The position numbers were made by a program, and so were the translations under genes. A stretch of DNA of 64,000 nucleotides from an uncultured Chloroflexia bacterium (GTDB lineage Bacteria > Chloroflexota > Limnocylindria > Limnocylindrales > CSP1-4), in NCBI GenBank assembly GCA_963748625.1, contig CAVVJT010000004.1, positions 480,001-544,000 of the forward strand, in the 5' to 3' direction. Under the pieces are notes generated by a model, which was given only the letters and a program-made list of their open reading frames with translations, searched no databases and was not told the origin of the DNA. This document shows, in pieces, positions 29,044 to 37,922 of this stretch (the stretch's first letter is position 1; the number at the start of each line of letters is the position of its first letter).

Positions 29044-30000
29044 TCAGGTGGCCCGGATGGCCTCCAGGACGGGTGCGAACCGCTCCAGCATGGATGACGT
29101 GAGCGCCGGAAGCCTGCTCGGGTCATCGGGGGCGCCCACGTGAAACGTCATGTGGCGGAGACCCGCCGCAGCGAACCCGTGCACCGTGGCGGCGACCTCC
29201 TCGGGGCTGCCGCCGAGACAGCCCGGCCGCTCGACGGCGGTCCCATCGGGTTCGAGGGTCACCCTCCCCCACCCCGTGAGCACCAGCGTCGCCGGGTCGC
29301 GCCCGGCGGACTCGCAGGCGCGGCGGGCGATGTCGGCCAGGCGGGCCATGTCCTCGGGGCCGGTGAGCGCCAGGTTGACGTTGATCGCGTCACCGAAGGC
29401 CGCCGCGATACGCGCCGTCCGATCGCCCAGGCCCGCGACCCAGACCGGCGGACCGTCGGGCCGCGGGCCGCGCGGGATGATCTCGGCATCGTCGGTGTGG
29501 TAATGCTCGCCCTCGAAGGTGACCGATCGCTCGCGGAGCATGCGCACCACGATCTCCACCGCTTCGGCGTAGCGGGCGATCGGGCGGTCCGCCGGGTAGC
29601 CGAAGGTGCGCCACGAGGGGTCGCGCTCGGGCACTCCCGAGCCGAGGCCCAGCACCAGCCGTCCACCGCTGACCTCGTCGAGCGTCATCGCCATCTTGGC
29701 CAGGAGCGCCGGGTTCCGGAAGCCCGTGCAGGCGATGTACGGCCCGATGCCGATGGTTGTGGTGGCTTCGGCGGCCGCGGTCAGGACCGTCCAGCACTCC
29801 CAGAAGCCGATCCGCTCACCGTCGGGCAGCTCCCGGCGCAGGTGGTCGGGCGCCCAGAGCGTGTCGATGCCCATCGCCTCCGCCTCGCGCGCGAGGGCGC
29901 GCATCTGCGGCCAGGTCGCATACGTGCGGTCCCGGAGCGGCCAGGTGGGCAGGTTGAGGCCGATCTGGAGGGGCGGGGCGGGGTCGTCGGCTCCGTTCAT
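29044..30000 (-). CDS. LLM-class flavin-dependent oxidoreductase
   Basis: AEAMGIDTLWAPDH, RNPALLAKMAMTLDEVSGGRLVLGLG. Confidence 0.92.
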   Translation of the reverse strand: MNGADDPAPPLQIGLNLPTWPLRDRTYATWPQMRALAREAEAMGIDTLWAPDHLRRELPDGERIGFWECWTVLTAAAEATTTIGIGPYIACTGFRNPALLAKMAMTLDEVSGGRLVLGLGSGVPERDPSWRTFGYPADRPIARYAEAVEIVVRMLRERSVTFEGEHYHTDDAEIIPRGPRPDGPPVWVAGLGDRTARIAAAFGDAINVNLALTGPEDMARLADIARRACESAGRDPATLVLTGWGRVTLEPDGTAVERPGCLGGSPEEVAATVHGFAAAGLRHMTFHVGAPDDPSRLPALTSSMLERFAPVLEAIRAT

Positions 30001-30055
30001 GCGTGGATGATGGCACGCGGCGACCGGATTCCATCCCTGCGCAGCCGATCTCGCG

Positions 30056-30637
30056 TCACGCGCCCCCACCATCGCCCGCGCCGGTGTCGACGGGCGCATC
30101 CGCTACGTCTCCCGCGCGCGGCACCCCCCACGCGGCGAACCCGACGCGGAAGACCGCCATGAGCAGGAGCAGCGCCGCAAGCACCAGGAAGAGCGCAGCA
30201 GCAAGGAAGTAGAGTGCCGCCTCCTGCTCCGGGAGCACGCCGAGGATCACGAGCCCCAGTGCCACCGTCGCAGGGATCCAGCTGACGACCCCGCCGGCCA
30301 GCTCGCCCTTCCAGCGCCGCCGGATCGGCGCCTCGGCGATGAACGCCCGCCGCTCCCGCGATACCCGCGTGACCACCTCGTCACCGGCGTAGAACACCAG
30401 CAGGGCGATCACGCTGCAGACAAGCCAGAACACGTGGCCGGTGATGCCGAAGAGGCTGACGACGACGGGCGCGAGCGAGATGATCATCACGGCAATCGCG
30501 ACCCAGACGACCATCCCGATCATCAAGAGGTCGTACATGTCGCTCGGGCCGCTGCTCCGCAGGGCGATGAGGGCACCGAACCCGACGAACACGCCGGCGA
30601 TCTCGGCCAGCGAGAGGAACAGCTCCGTGTCCGGCAT
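30056..30637 (-). CDS. Hypothetical membrane protein
   Basis: MPDTELFLSLAEIAGVFVGFGALI; ~5 TMs; RBS ggagg. Confidence 0.75.
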   Translation of the reverse strand: MPDTELFLSLAEIAGVFVGFGALIALRSSGPSDMYDLLMIGMVVWVAIAVMIISLAPVVVSLFGITGHVFWLVCSVIALLVFYAGDEVVTRVSRERRAFIAEAPIRRRWKGELAGGVVSWIPATVALGLVILGVLPEQEAALYFLAAALFLVLAALLLLMAVFRVGFAAWGVPRAGDVADAPVDTGAGDGGGA

Positions 30638-30809
30638 GTCCTGTGACCTCCGCGCGAGGCAGGCAGCAAGACGGGGCGCAGCCCGCTCGGTCGGTCCGGC
30701 GCGCCGGGTCCCGCCGCCCGTCAGCGTGCGCGTACCCACCTGCACGCGCCAGATGCAGACGGCCCGGTGTCGCGCGGGACCGCGCCACCCCGCATGTGAT
30801 CGGTGGGGA

Positions 30810-31625
30810 TCAGGTGGGCGCGGCAAGGTCCCGGCGCGGGAAGCGCCACAGCCCATAGACCGTGGCCACCGCCAGGATCGCGACCAGGACCATCGAGTCG
30901 CGTAGGTCGCCCCGCCCGCCGAGGATCTCGATCGGCTGCAGGTAGTGGAACGGCGACCAGGGCTGGAGGAAGGCGGCATCGGGCCACATCGTGCCCAGCA
31001 CGTCGAACAGGTAGCCCGCCAGGAGCACGGCCAGCCCGATGCCGAGCGGTGCGCTCACCCGGTCGAACGACGCCGACGCGGCCAAGGTCACGCCACCGAG
31101 CGCCCCGAGGAGCGCGACCGTGTTGAGCGCCAGCAGCGGCAGCCGGCCCAGGTCGAGATCGGCGGTCACGCCGTACGCGGCGGCGCCCAGGAGGGTCCCG
31201 GCAGTCGCCGCAAGCGTGGTGACCAGCGCGAATCCCAGCACCGAGACGAGCATCGAGAGGTAGAGGGCGCGGCGCGAGACCGGCCGCGAGAGCAGGACCT
31301 CGAGCGTGCCCCGCTGCCGCTCGCCGGCGATCGCCAATGCCCCGAACCCGATCGGCAGCAGGACCTGGAGGCCGATCCCGATGGGGTGGATCCACCCGAG
31401 CGACACGGCGCCGCCGAGGCTGAACGGGTCCGCCCCGAGAAGGCTGAGGAACTGCTTGGGGATGATCTCGGCGTCCAGAAGCGCGGCCATCTGGCGCCCG
31501 AAGGTGGCGAACACCACCGGCATCAGGAAGGCCCAGACGACGAGGGCGAGGCTCACGATCGCGAGCCGGGAGCGCTGGGCGCGCCAGGTCCGGCGCAGCA
31601 GCGGGGTGCTGATGAGCGGGCTCAC
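30810..31625 (-). CDS. ABC-2 type transporter permease
   Basis: IAGERQRGTLEVLLSRPVSR; C-terminal FPRRDL. Confidence 0.9.
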   Translation of the reverse strand: MSPLISTPLLRRTWRAQRSRLAIVSLALVVWAFLMPVVFATFGRQMAALLDAEIIPKQFLSLLGADPFSLGGAVSLGWIHPIGIGLQVLLPIGFGALAIAGERQRGTLEVLLSRPVSRRALYLSMLVSVLGFALVTTLAATAGTLLGAAAYGVTADLDLGRLPLLALNTVALLGALGGVTLAASASFDRVSAPLGIGLAVLLAGYLFDVLGTMWPDAAFLQPWSPFHYLQPIEILGGRGDLRDSMVLVAILAVATVYGLWRFPRRDLAAPT

Positions 31626-32599
31626 GACGCGGACCTGCCTGAAGCAGCGAGGGCTCCAGCTTCAGCATCAGCGTCGGCCTCGGCGGCGGCCTCGCCCTGG
31701 TACAGCTCCAGGAACGCATCCTCCAGGCGCGTGGGCTCGATGACCAGGTCCAGCACCTCGGCTCCTGCGATCGCCGCCAGGAACGGGCGCGGATCGCCCT
31801 CCAGCTCGCACTCGAGGCGCCCGGCGACAGCAACCACGCCGGTCACGCCCGCCACGCCGTCGAGCGCGGGAGCCTCGCCGCCCAGCCGCATCACCACCCG
31901 ACGCCGTCGACGTTCCAGCAGCGCGCCGACGTCGTCCACCTCGACCAGGCGCCCGGCGCGCACGATCGCCACGCGGTCGCACACCCGCTCCACCTCGGAC
32001 AGCACGTGCGACGAGAAGAACACCGTCCGGCCGGCTGCCCGCAGGTCGCCCAGGATGTCGTAGAAGGCGCGCTGCATCAGCGGGTCCAGGCCCTCGGATG
32101 GCTCGTCGAGGATCGCGAGCTCCGGGTCGTGCTGGAGGGCCTGCACGATGCCGATCTTCTGGCGCATGCCGCGCGAGTAGTCGCGGATGGGCCGGCGCAG
32201 GGTCCGATCCGGGAGCTCGAGCGCGTCGCACAGGGCTGCCCGTCGGACGGGCGCCTTCCCCGAGAGCGCCGCGAGGTCGTCGAGATGCCGGATCGCGGTC
32301 AGGTTGTCGTCGAGCGCGATGCCGCCAGGCAGGTAGCCGATCCGTCCCCGGATGGCCACCGACGACTTGACGATGTCGAGCCCGAGGACCGTGGCCGAGC
32401 CTGCCGTCGGGTGGAGGTGGCCCAGCAGCAGCCGGATGAACGTGCTCTTGCCGGCGCCGTTGGGGCCCAGGAAGCCGAAGATCTCGCCCGCACGCACCTC
32501 GAGCGTGAGGTCGCTCAGGGCGTGGACGGAGCCGTAGTGCTTGGTGAGCCCGCGGGCGGCGATGGCAGGCGCGTTCGTGGAAGGGGTGTCGGCGGTCAC
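31622..32599 (-). CDS. ABC transporter ATP-binding protein
   Basis: GPNGAGKST, YSRGMRQK, ILDEPSEGLD, SSH. Confidence 0.95.
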   Translation of the reverse strand: MTADTPSTNAPAIAARGLTKHYGSVHALSDLTLEVRAGEIFGFLGPNGAGKSTFIRLLLGHLHPTAGSATVLGLDIVKSSVAIRGRIGYLPGGIALDDNLTAIRHLDDLAALSGKAPVRRAALCDALELPDRTLRRPIRDYSRGMRQKIGIVQALQHDPELAILDEPSEGLDPLMQRAFYDILGDLRAAGRTVFFSSHVLSEVERVCDRVAIVRAGRLVEVDDVGALLERRRRRVVMRLGGEAPALDGVAGVTGVVAVAGRLECELEGDPRPFLAAIAGAEVLDLVIEPTRLEDAFLELYQGEAAAEADADAEAGALAASGRSAS

Positions 32600-32601
32600 G
32601 G

Positions 32602-33141
32602 TCAGACGAATGCCCCCACGATCCAGCCGACCATGCGGGCGACCAGCACGATGCCCAGCCAGGCGAGACCCACGAACACCGCAACAAGGCCCAGCACGAA
32701 CGCCCACTGGCCGCTCGTGTCCTCGCCCGGATCGAGCGCGTACCTGTGGAACAGCTCCAGGTTCATGCGGTTGCCCTTGAACCCGAAGTCAAGGATGTCG
32801 CCCAGGAACGGGATCAGGCCGATCACGAAGTCCACGAACGTGTTGAGGATCATCCGGACCATGACGATGCCCGGCACCTTGAAGCGGGCCGCCTCGAGGA
32901 CGATCCACGCGCCCACGGCGGCTGCGACCAGGTCGCCGACGACCGGGATCAGGCCGATGATCGGGTCAAGGCCGACGCGGCTGTTGGTGCCCGGCACGGT
33001 CACCAGGTCGTCGAGGACGTGCGCGACGGCGGCGATCCTGCGCTCGGCGGCGAGCACCGCGGCGGTGCGCCGGGGAGTGCGGGGGCCAAGGCCGGGATCG
33101 GGACCCTGGGCCTGTCGACCGCGGGCGCGGGGCGATTGCAT
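32602..33141 (-). CDS. DUF4112 family membrane protein
   Basis: LDDLVTVPGT..GLDPIIGLIPVVGD..IPFLGDILDFGFKGNRMN. Confidence 0.9.
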   Translation of the reverse strand: MQSPRARGRQAQGPDPGLGPRTPRRTAAVLAAERRIAAVAHVLDDLVTVPGTNSRVGLDPIIGLIPVVGDLVAAAVGAWIVLEAARFKVPGIVMVRMILNTFVDFVIGLIPFLGDILDFGFKGNRMNLELFHRYALDPGEDTSGQWAFVLGLVAVFVGLAWLGIVLVARMVGWIVGAFV

Positions 33142-33198
33142 GGGGGGATCATCGCCTGAGTCGCACGGACGTGCCGCCTGAGAGTAGATTCCACGGCG

Positions 33199-33840
33199 AT
33201 GCTGTACCGCGCCGACCCCTGGCTCCATGTGATCGCCGGCTGCATGTCGTCGGGCAAGACCGACGAGCTGCTGCGCCTGCTCCGCCGTGCGGAGATCGCC
33301 AAGCGGCGGATCCTGCTCGTGCGCCCGGACGTGGACGACCGCACGCCCGGCGAGTACGCGGAGAGCCGCAGCAAGGCGCGCTTTCCGTCGGTGCTGGTCC
33401 CCAAGAGTGAGCCCGTGGGCATCCTGTCCCTGGCCCGGGAGCGGGACGTGGACCTCGTGGGCATCGAGGAGGCGCAGTTCTTCGACGCATCGCTCTCGAG
33501 CGTGGCGGACACGCTTCGCCAGAGCGGGCGGCACGTCATCGCCAGCGGCCTCAACACGGACTTCGCGGGGCGCCCGTTCGGCGCGATGCCCACGATGCTC
33601 GCGATGGCCGATCAGATCACGATGCTCACCGCGATCTGCGTGGTGTGCGGTGAGACGGCAACGCGCACCCAGCGCCTGGTCGGCGGCCGGCCGGCTGCCC
33701 TTGACGACCCGCTCATCGTGATCGGCGGCTTCGACGGCCGCGCAGTTGAAACGTACGAGGCCCGATGCCTGCGCCACCACGAGATCGCGCCAGCCCGATC
33801 GGCCCGCGGCGTGGTTGCCGAGGAGTCCTCTCTGGCCTGA
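33199..33840 (+). CDS. tdk: Thymidine kinase
   Basis: GCMSSGKTDELLR, IEEAQFFD, GLNTDFAGRPFG, CVVCG..YEARCLRH. Confidence 0.95.
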   Translation: MLYRADPWLHVIAGCMSSGKTDELLRLLRRAEIAKRRILLVRPDVDDRTPGEYAESRSKARFPSVLVPKSEPVGILSLARERDVDLVGIEEAQFFDASLSSVADTLRQSGRHVIASGLNTDFAGRPFGAMPTMLAMADQITMLTAICVVCGETATRTQRLVGGRPAALDDPLIVIGGFDGRAVETYEARCLRHHEIAPARSARGVVAEESSLA

Positions 33841-33985
33841 TCCCAGCTCGCCGCGGTGGCCCACCCCGCGGCGCCCGCCCAGCGGGCACTGCGCGCAGAG
33901 TTCTGCACACCCCGCCCGCCCTGCGGCACGATTGGCCCGATTCCGGTCCTTCGGAGCCTCCTCTACCCGCCTGGCGGCACATCTT

Positions 33986-34175
33986 CGCGGGATCCTGCAC
34001 GCAGCGCCCGCCACGCGGCAGGCGGGCCGGGGTCGAGCGCGGGATCCTGCACGCAGAGCCCGCCACGCGGCAGGCGGGCCGGGGTCGAGCGTGGCCGGGG
34101 TCCAGGCCGGTGGCGCAGCCAACCCTGGCCGACGCCGGCAGCCGAGGTCGAGCGTGGCGGGGTCGAGCGTGGCCG
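33986..34175 (+). repeat. 52-bp tandem duplication plus degenerate ggtcgagcgtggc units
   Basis: cgcgggatcctgcacgcag(c/a)gcccgccacgcggcaggcgggccggggtcgag at 33986 and 34038; further ggtcgagcgtggc at ~34083, 34146, 34161. Confidence 0.85.
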
Positions 34176-34193
34176 GCCCCGGCCGGCCAACAA

Positions 34194-34282
34194 CTGTCCA
34201 CAATTCGGGGCCGGGTCCCGCGAATCGTGGACAACTCCCCGCCCCAGCCGGCGAATCTCGTGGATAAGCCCGTTGTGGACCC
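34194..34282. promoter_or_regulatory. Cluster of four DnaA-box-like 9-mers
   Basis: CTGTCCACA 34194 (+); TTGTCCACG 34226-34234 (-); TTATCCACG 34259-34267 (-); GGGTCCACA 34274-34282 (-). Confidence 0.55.
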
Positions 34283-34334
34283 CTGGGCTGCGCCCATATG
34301 GTTCGTCTTGCCCGAAGGGGCCGCTAGCACTGAC

Positions 34335-34482
34335 ACCGGACCGGGGAGCAATCGCCGGAACGGGTCACCGGACCCGCTACCACGTATGGCCGCAAGGCTG
34401 AATGAGGTGGCAGTGGACTGGAGCCGCGGCGACAGGGCCGAGCTTGCTCGGCCGTGTGGCAGGCGAGTTGGTGCGGTACGGT
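34335..34482 (+). ncRNA. Candidate four-way-junction structured RNA (family not identified)
   Basis: Closing ACCGGACCG/CGGUACGGU and UCGCC/GGCGA; hairpins CGGGUC/GACCCG, CCAC..GUA-UGGCC-GCAA-GGCU-GAA..GUGG, GGCCGAGC/GCUCGGCC. Confidence 0.5.
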
Positions 34483-34537
34483 TCCTTCGGGCGCTTTCGT
34501 GTGCGCCGAAACCGCGAAACCCGCAGCTCCCGGAGCC

Positions 34538-35005
34538 ATGGCCAAGCTCTCGTCTGGACTCCTGCTCTACCGTCACGTCGGCGACGAGATCCAGGTCCTG
34601 ATCGCCCACCCGGGCGGACCGATCTGGTCACGCCGCGACCTCGGCGCGTGGTCCCTGCCCAAGGGCGCCATCGACGCCGGCGAGGTGCCGCTCGAGGCGG
34701 CGCGACGCGAGTTCCACGAGGAGACCGGCCACGAGGCGCCCGACGGCGAGGTGCTCGACCTGGGTGTGGTCAGGATGCGCTCGGGCAAGGTGGTGCACGG
34801 CTTCGCGATCGAGGGCGACCTTGACCCAGCCCAGTTGAGGAGCATGCGGGTCGACGTGGAGTGGCCGCCCCGGACCGGCCGCCTGCTCAACGTCCCCGAG
34901 ATCGACCGGGTGCTCTGGGCCAACCCCGCCGAGGCGCGCCGCCGGCTCAATCCCGCCCAGGCCTCGTTCGTGGATCGCCTCCTCGAGACCCTCGGGCGGC
35001 CATAG
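34538..35005 (+). CDS. NUDIX hydrolase
   Basis: AHPGGP.W..WSLPKG..AARREFHEETG; EWPPRTG..PEIDR. Confidence 0.92.
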   Translation: MAKLSSGLLLYRHVGDEIQVLIAHPGGPIWSRRDLGAWSLPKGAIDAGEVPLEAARREFHEETGHEAPDGEVLDLGVVRMRSGKVVHGFAIEGDLDPAQLRSMRVDVEWPPRTGRLLNVPEIDRVLWANPAEARRRLNPAQASFVDRLLETLGRP

Positions 35006-35059
35006 GGTTCCAGGTCCGCGGCCAGCACGATCGCGCGAAGCACCGCACACTCTGCCCCG

Positions 35060-37882
35060 ATGACGTACGACGGCCGCCCCCTCGAACCAGCGCCCTCGCC
35101 AGCTCGCGGCCGCCGCAAGGCCCGCCGGGGCATCGGGCTTGCCGCCGTCATGGGCCTGCTCCTGTTCGGAGCCATGGCCCTGCTCGGCCTGACCGGCGCG
35201 GTGTTCGCCGTCACCACGTACACCTCGCTCACCCAGGGCCTCCCCGAGCCATCCAGTCTCGAGCGGATCGAGCTGCCCGAGCAGTCCGTCGTCTACGACC
35301 GGACCGGCACCGTGGAGCTCGCGCGCTTCGGCGAGTTCAACCGCAAGGTCGTCACGTTCGACCAGATCCCCGCGGTGCTCTCGGATGCCACCACGGCCAT
35401 CGAGGACCGCACGTTCTGGGAGAACGCCGGGTTCGACCCGGTCGCCATCGCGGCCGCCGGCCTGGACGCCATCCGCGGCCGCCCGCGCGGCGCCTCCACG
35501 ATCACCCAGCAGCTCGTCCGCCAGCGGCTGCTCACCACCGACGGGGTCGCCCAGACCGAGCTCACCGCAACCCGCAAGCTCAAGGAGATCGTCCAGTCGA
35601 TCCGCGTCACCCAGGCCTTCCCGGGCCCTGAGGGCAAGGAGCGGATCATCGCGGCCTACCTGAATCAGAACTACTACGGCAACGAGTCGTACGGCGTGGC
35701 CGCCGCCGCCCAGGCCTACTTCGGCGTCGAGCTCAAGGACCTCACCCTCGCCCAGGCCGCGATCCTGGCCGCGCTGCCCAAGGCGCCCTCGTCCTACGAC
35801 CTGGTCCAGAACGCCATCCTCGAATGCATCGACCCGGCCGCGGACGAGGAGACCTGTGAGACCCAGCTGGTCGTCCCGGCGGACACCACGATCGTCGCGC
35901 GGCGCAACCAGGTGCTCGCCGCGATGGCGCAGGGCAACACGCCGCTGACCGGTGACACGTTCACCCAGGCCGATTTCGACGCGGCCATGGCGGAGAACGT
36001 GGTGCTCGCCCCGCAGCGCACGAACCTCTGGAAGCTGCCGCAGTTCGTGTGGCAGGTGCGGCGCGAGCTGACCACCCGCCTGTGCGGCGAGGAGGTCGAG
36101 ACCTGCACCATCCTCGAGCGGGGCGGCCTCGCGATCACGAGCACCATCGACCTGCGCCTCCAGCGCCTGGCCGAGAAGTGGGTCAAGGCGGCGGCCATCG
36201 TCCCGCACGCCAAGGATCCTGAAGCGGCCGCCAAGGCACTCGGGCTCAAGTACCAGGACTGGATGCGGAACCTGGAGGACAAGAAACTCCGCAACGGTGC
36301 CTTGATCTCGATGGACTACGTCACCGGCGAGGTGCTCGCCTACCAGGGCTCCGCCGACCCGACGGCCACCAGGGCGACCAAGCGCTTCCAGCCCCGCTAT
36401 GACGTCCTCGCCGACGGCTGGCTCCAGCCCGGGTCCGCCTTCAAGCCGATCGTGTACGCCGCCGGCATCGACAACAAGACGATCACCGCGGGCACGATGT
36501 TCATGGACGTCGTCACGGACTTCGGTGGCGGCTACATCCCGACCGACGCGGACAACCTCGAGCGCGGTCCCGTGCGCGTGCGCGACGCCCTGCGCTTCTC
36601 GCTCAACATCCCGGCCGTCAAGGCGACCGAGGTGATCGGCAACGACACCATCGAGACCACCGCCGAGGCGATGGGCATCCGCTTCCGCGGCGGCGAGACC
36701 GATGCCGGCCTCACGCTGGGCCTTGGCGTGGAAGAGGTCCACCCCAAGGACCTGGTGCGCGCCTACGGCACGCTCGCCAACAAGGGCATCCTGGTCCCGC
36801 AGACCGTGATCATCAAGGTGGAGAGCAATGACGGGGCGGTCCTGATCGACGCGAGCACCAACCCCGACAAGGGCCAGCGGGCGCTCGACAACCAGACGGC
36901 GGGGATCGTCACCGACATCCTGGCCGGCAACACGGACCCCGACGAGAACCCGTACTGGGGCAAGTTCAGGGTCATGTCCGGCGGTGAGCGCAGGCCCGCC
37001 ACCCTCAAGACCGGCACCAACAACGACGCCAAGGACCTCAACGCCTACGGCTACATCGCAGCCCCGACCGAGCAGGGCCGCGCCGACGGCGAGTACGCCC
37101 TGGTCGTGGGCGCCTGGAACGGCAATTCCGACAACTCGTTCCTGAGCACCGCTGCCGACCCGCTGTTCTCGATCGACGTGACGACCTACGTCTGGGCGGG
37201 CTTCCTCAAGGATGCGACCAAGGGCTGGGCGATCAACGACTTCTCGCTCCCGGGCTCGCTGTCGGAGCGGGCGGTCGACCCGTGGACCGGCCTCGCGGCC
37301 GTCGGCGGCAAGCGCGTCAGCGAGTGGTTCCGGCCCGGCACCGAGCCCGCCGAGAACCTGCCCGCGGACCAGCGCTGCGGCACAGCCGTGCTGGGCACCG
37401 CCGGCTTCGAGGACGAGTACCCGGCGTGGATGGCCGCGAACGACGGCTGGATGCGGCGCGCCGCGAAGGGCCCCGGTGTCCGCGGAGGCCCCCAGCGCAC
37501 CGCCACGTCCTACTTCTACAACTTCGGCTTCAATCCGTACGGCAAGTCCTGGGGTCCCCTGATGGGCACGGGCGCCGGGTGCGCCGCGCCGTCCGAGAGC
37601 CCGTCGGTGGACCCGTGCGCCTCGTTTGATCCGCTCGCGTCGGTGGATCCGTCGGCCTCGCCGGTGGTCTGCCCGTCGCCCTCCGGGTCGCCGTCCGAGT
37701 CGCCGTCCGCATCCCCGTCCGAGGCACCAACGCCAGAGCCGACCATCGAGCCGACGCTGGAGCCGACCCTGCCGCCAACACCAGCGCCCACGCCGGAGCC
37801 GACGCTGCCCCCGACACCAGGTCCCACGCCGGAGCCGACGCCCGCACCGACTCCGCCCGTCGACCCCTCCGTGACCCCCTGA
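35060..37882 (+). CDS. Class A penicillin-binding protein (transglycosylase/transpeptidase)
   Basis: EDRTFW, GASTITQQL, RKLKE, YLNQNYYG; SAFK, SLN, KTGT; Pro/Thr tail. Confidence 0.95.
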   Translation: MTYDGRPLEPAPSPARGRRKARRGIGLAAVMGLLLFGAMALLGLTGAVFAVTTYTSLTQGLPEPSSLERIELPEQSVVYDRTGTVELARFGEFNRKVVTFDQIPAVLSDATTAIEDRTFWENAGFDPVAIAAAGLDAIRGRPRGASTITQQLVRQRLLTTDGVAQTELTATRKLKEIVQSIRVTQAFPGPEGKERIIAAYLNQNYYGNESYGVAAAAQAYFGVELKDLTLAQAAILAALPKAPSSYDLVQNAILECIDPAADEETCETQLVVPADTTIVARRNQVLAAMAQGNTPLTGDTFTQADFDAAMAENVVLAPQRTNLWKLPQFVWQVRRELTTRLCGEEVETCTILERGGLAITSTIDLRLQRLAEKWVKAAAIVPHAKDPEAAAKALGLKYQDWMRNLEDKKLRNGALISMDYVTGEVLAYQGSADPTATRATKRFQPRYDVLADGWLQPGSAFKPIVYAAGIDNKTITAGTMFMDVVTDFGGGYIPTDADNLERGPVRVRDALRFSLNIPAVKATEVIGNDTIETTAEAMGIRFRGGETDAGLTLGLGVEEVHPKDLVRAYGTLANKGILVPQTVIIKVESNDGAVLIDASTNPDKGQRALDNQTAGIVTDILAGNTDPDENPYWGKFRVMSGGERRPATLKTGTNNDAKDLNAYGYIAAPTEQGRADGEYALVVGAWNGNSDNSFLSTAADPLFSIDVTTYVWAGFLKDATKGWAINDFSLPGSLSERAVDPWTGLAAVGGKRVSEWFRPGTEPAENLPADQRCGTAVLGTAGFEDEYPAWMAANDGWMRRAAKGPGVRGGPQRTATSYFYNFGFNPYGKSWGPLMGTGAGCAAPSESPSVDPCASFDPLASVDPSASPVVCPSPSGSPSESPSASPSEAPTPEPTIEPTLEPTLPPTPAPTPEPTLPPTPGPTPEPTPAPTPPVDPSVTP

Positions 37883-37911
37883 CCAGATCCAACCGGGTCC
37901 ATTCCGCGAAG
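37883..37911 (+). promoter_or_regulatory. SigK-like ECF promoter
   Basis: ccagATCC-N16-CGAAg; same geometry as at 46511. Confidence 0.5.
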
Positions 37912-37922
37912 GGATGTTGACA

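Noticed and set aside
33986-34175. CRISPR array
   Set aside because: Units are directly tandem with no unique spacers, and there are no cas genes; the same applies to 6136-6199.
34324-34350. CIRCE element (tagcact)
   Set aside because: No right arm GAGTGCTAA at 9-nt spacing.
34384-34402. rRNA fragment (tatggccgcaaggctgaa resembles an SSU rRNA helix)
   Set aside because: Only ~18 nt match and the flanks are not rRNA-like; better explained as a generic GNRA/loop-E module.
34335-34482. yybP-ykoY or ZTP riboswitch, or hammerhead ribozyme
   Set aside because: GGGGAG is present but the GAGACC partner, CGUCA loop, GACUG/GCCUGGG and an exact CUGANGA core are missing.
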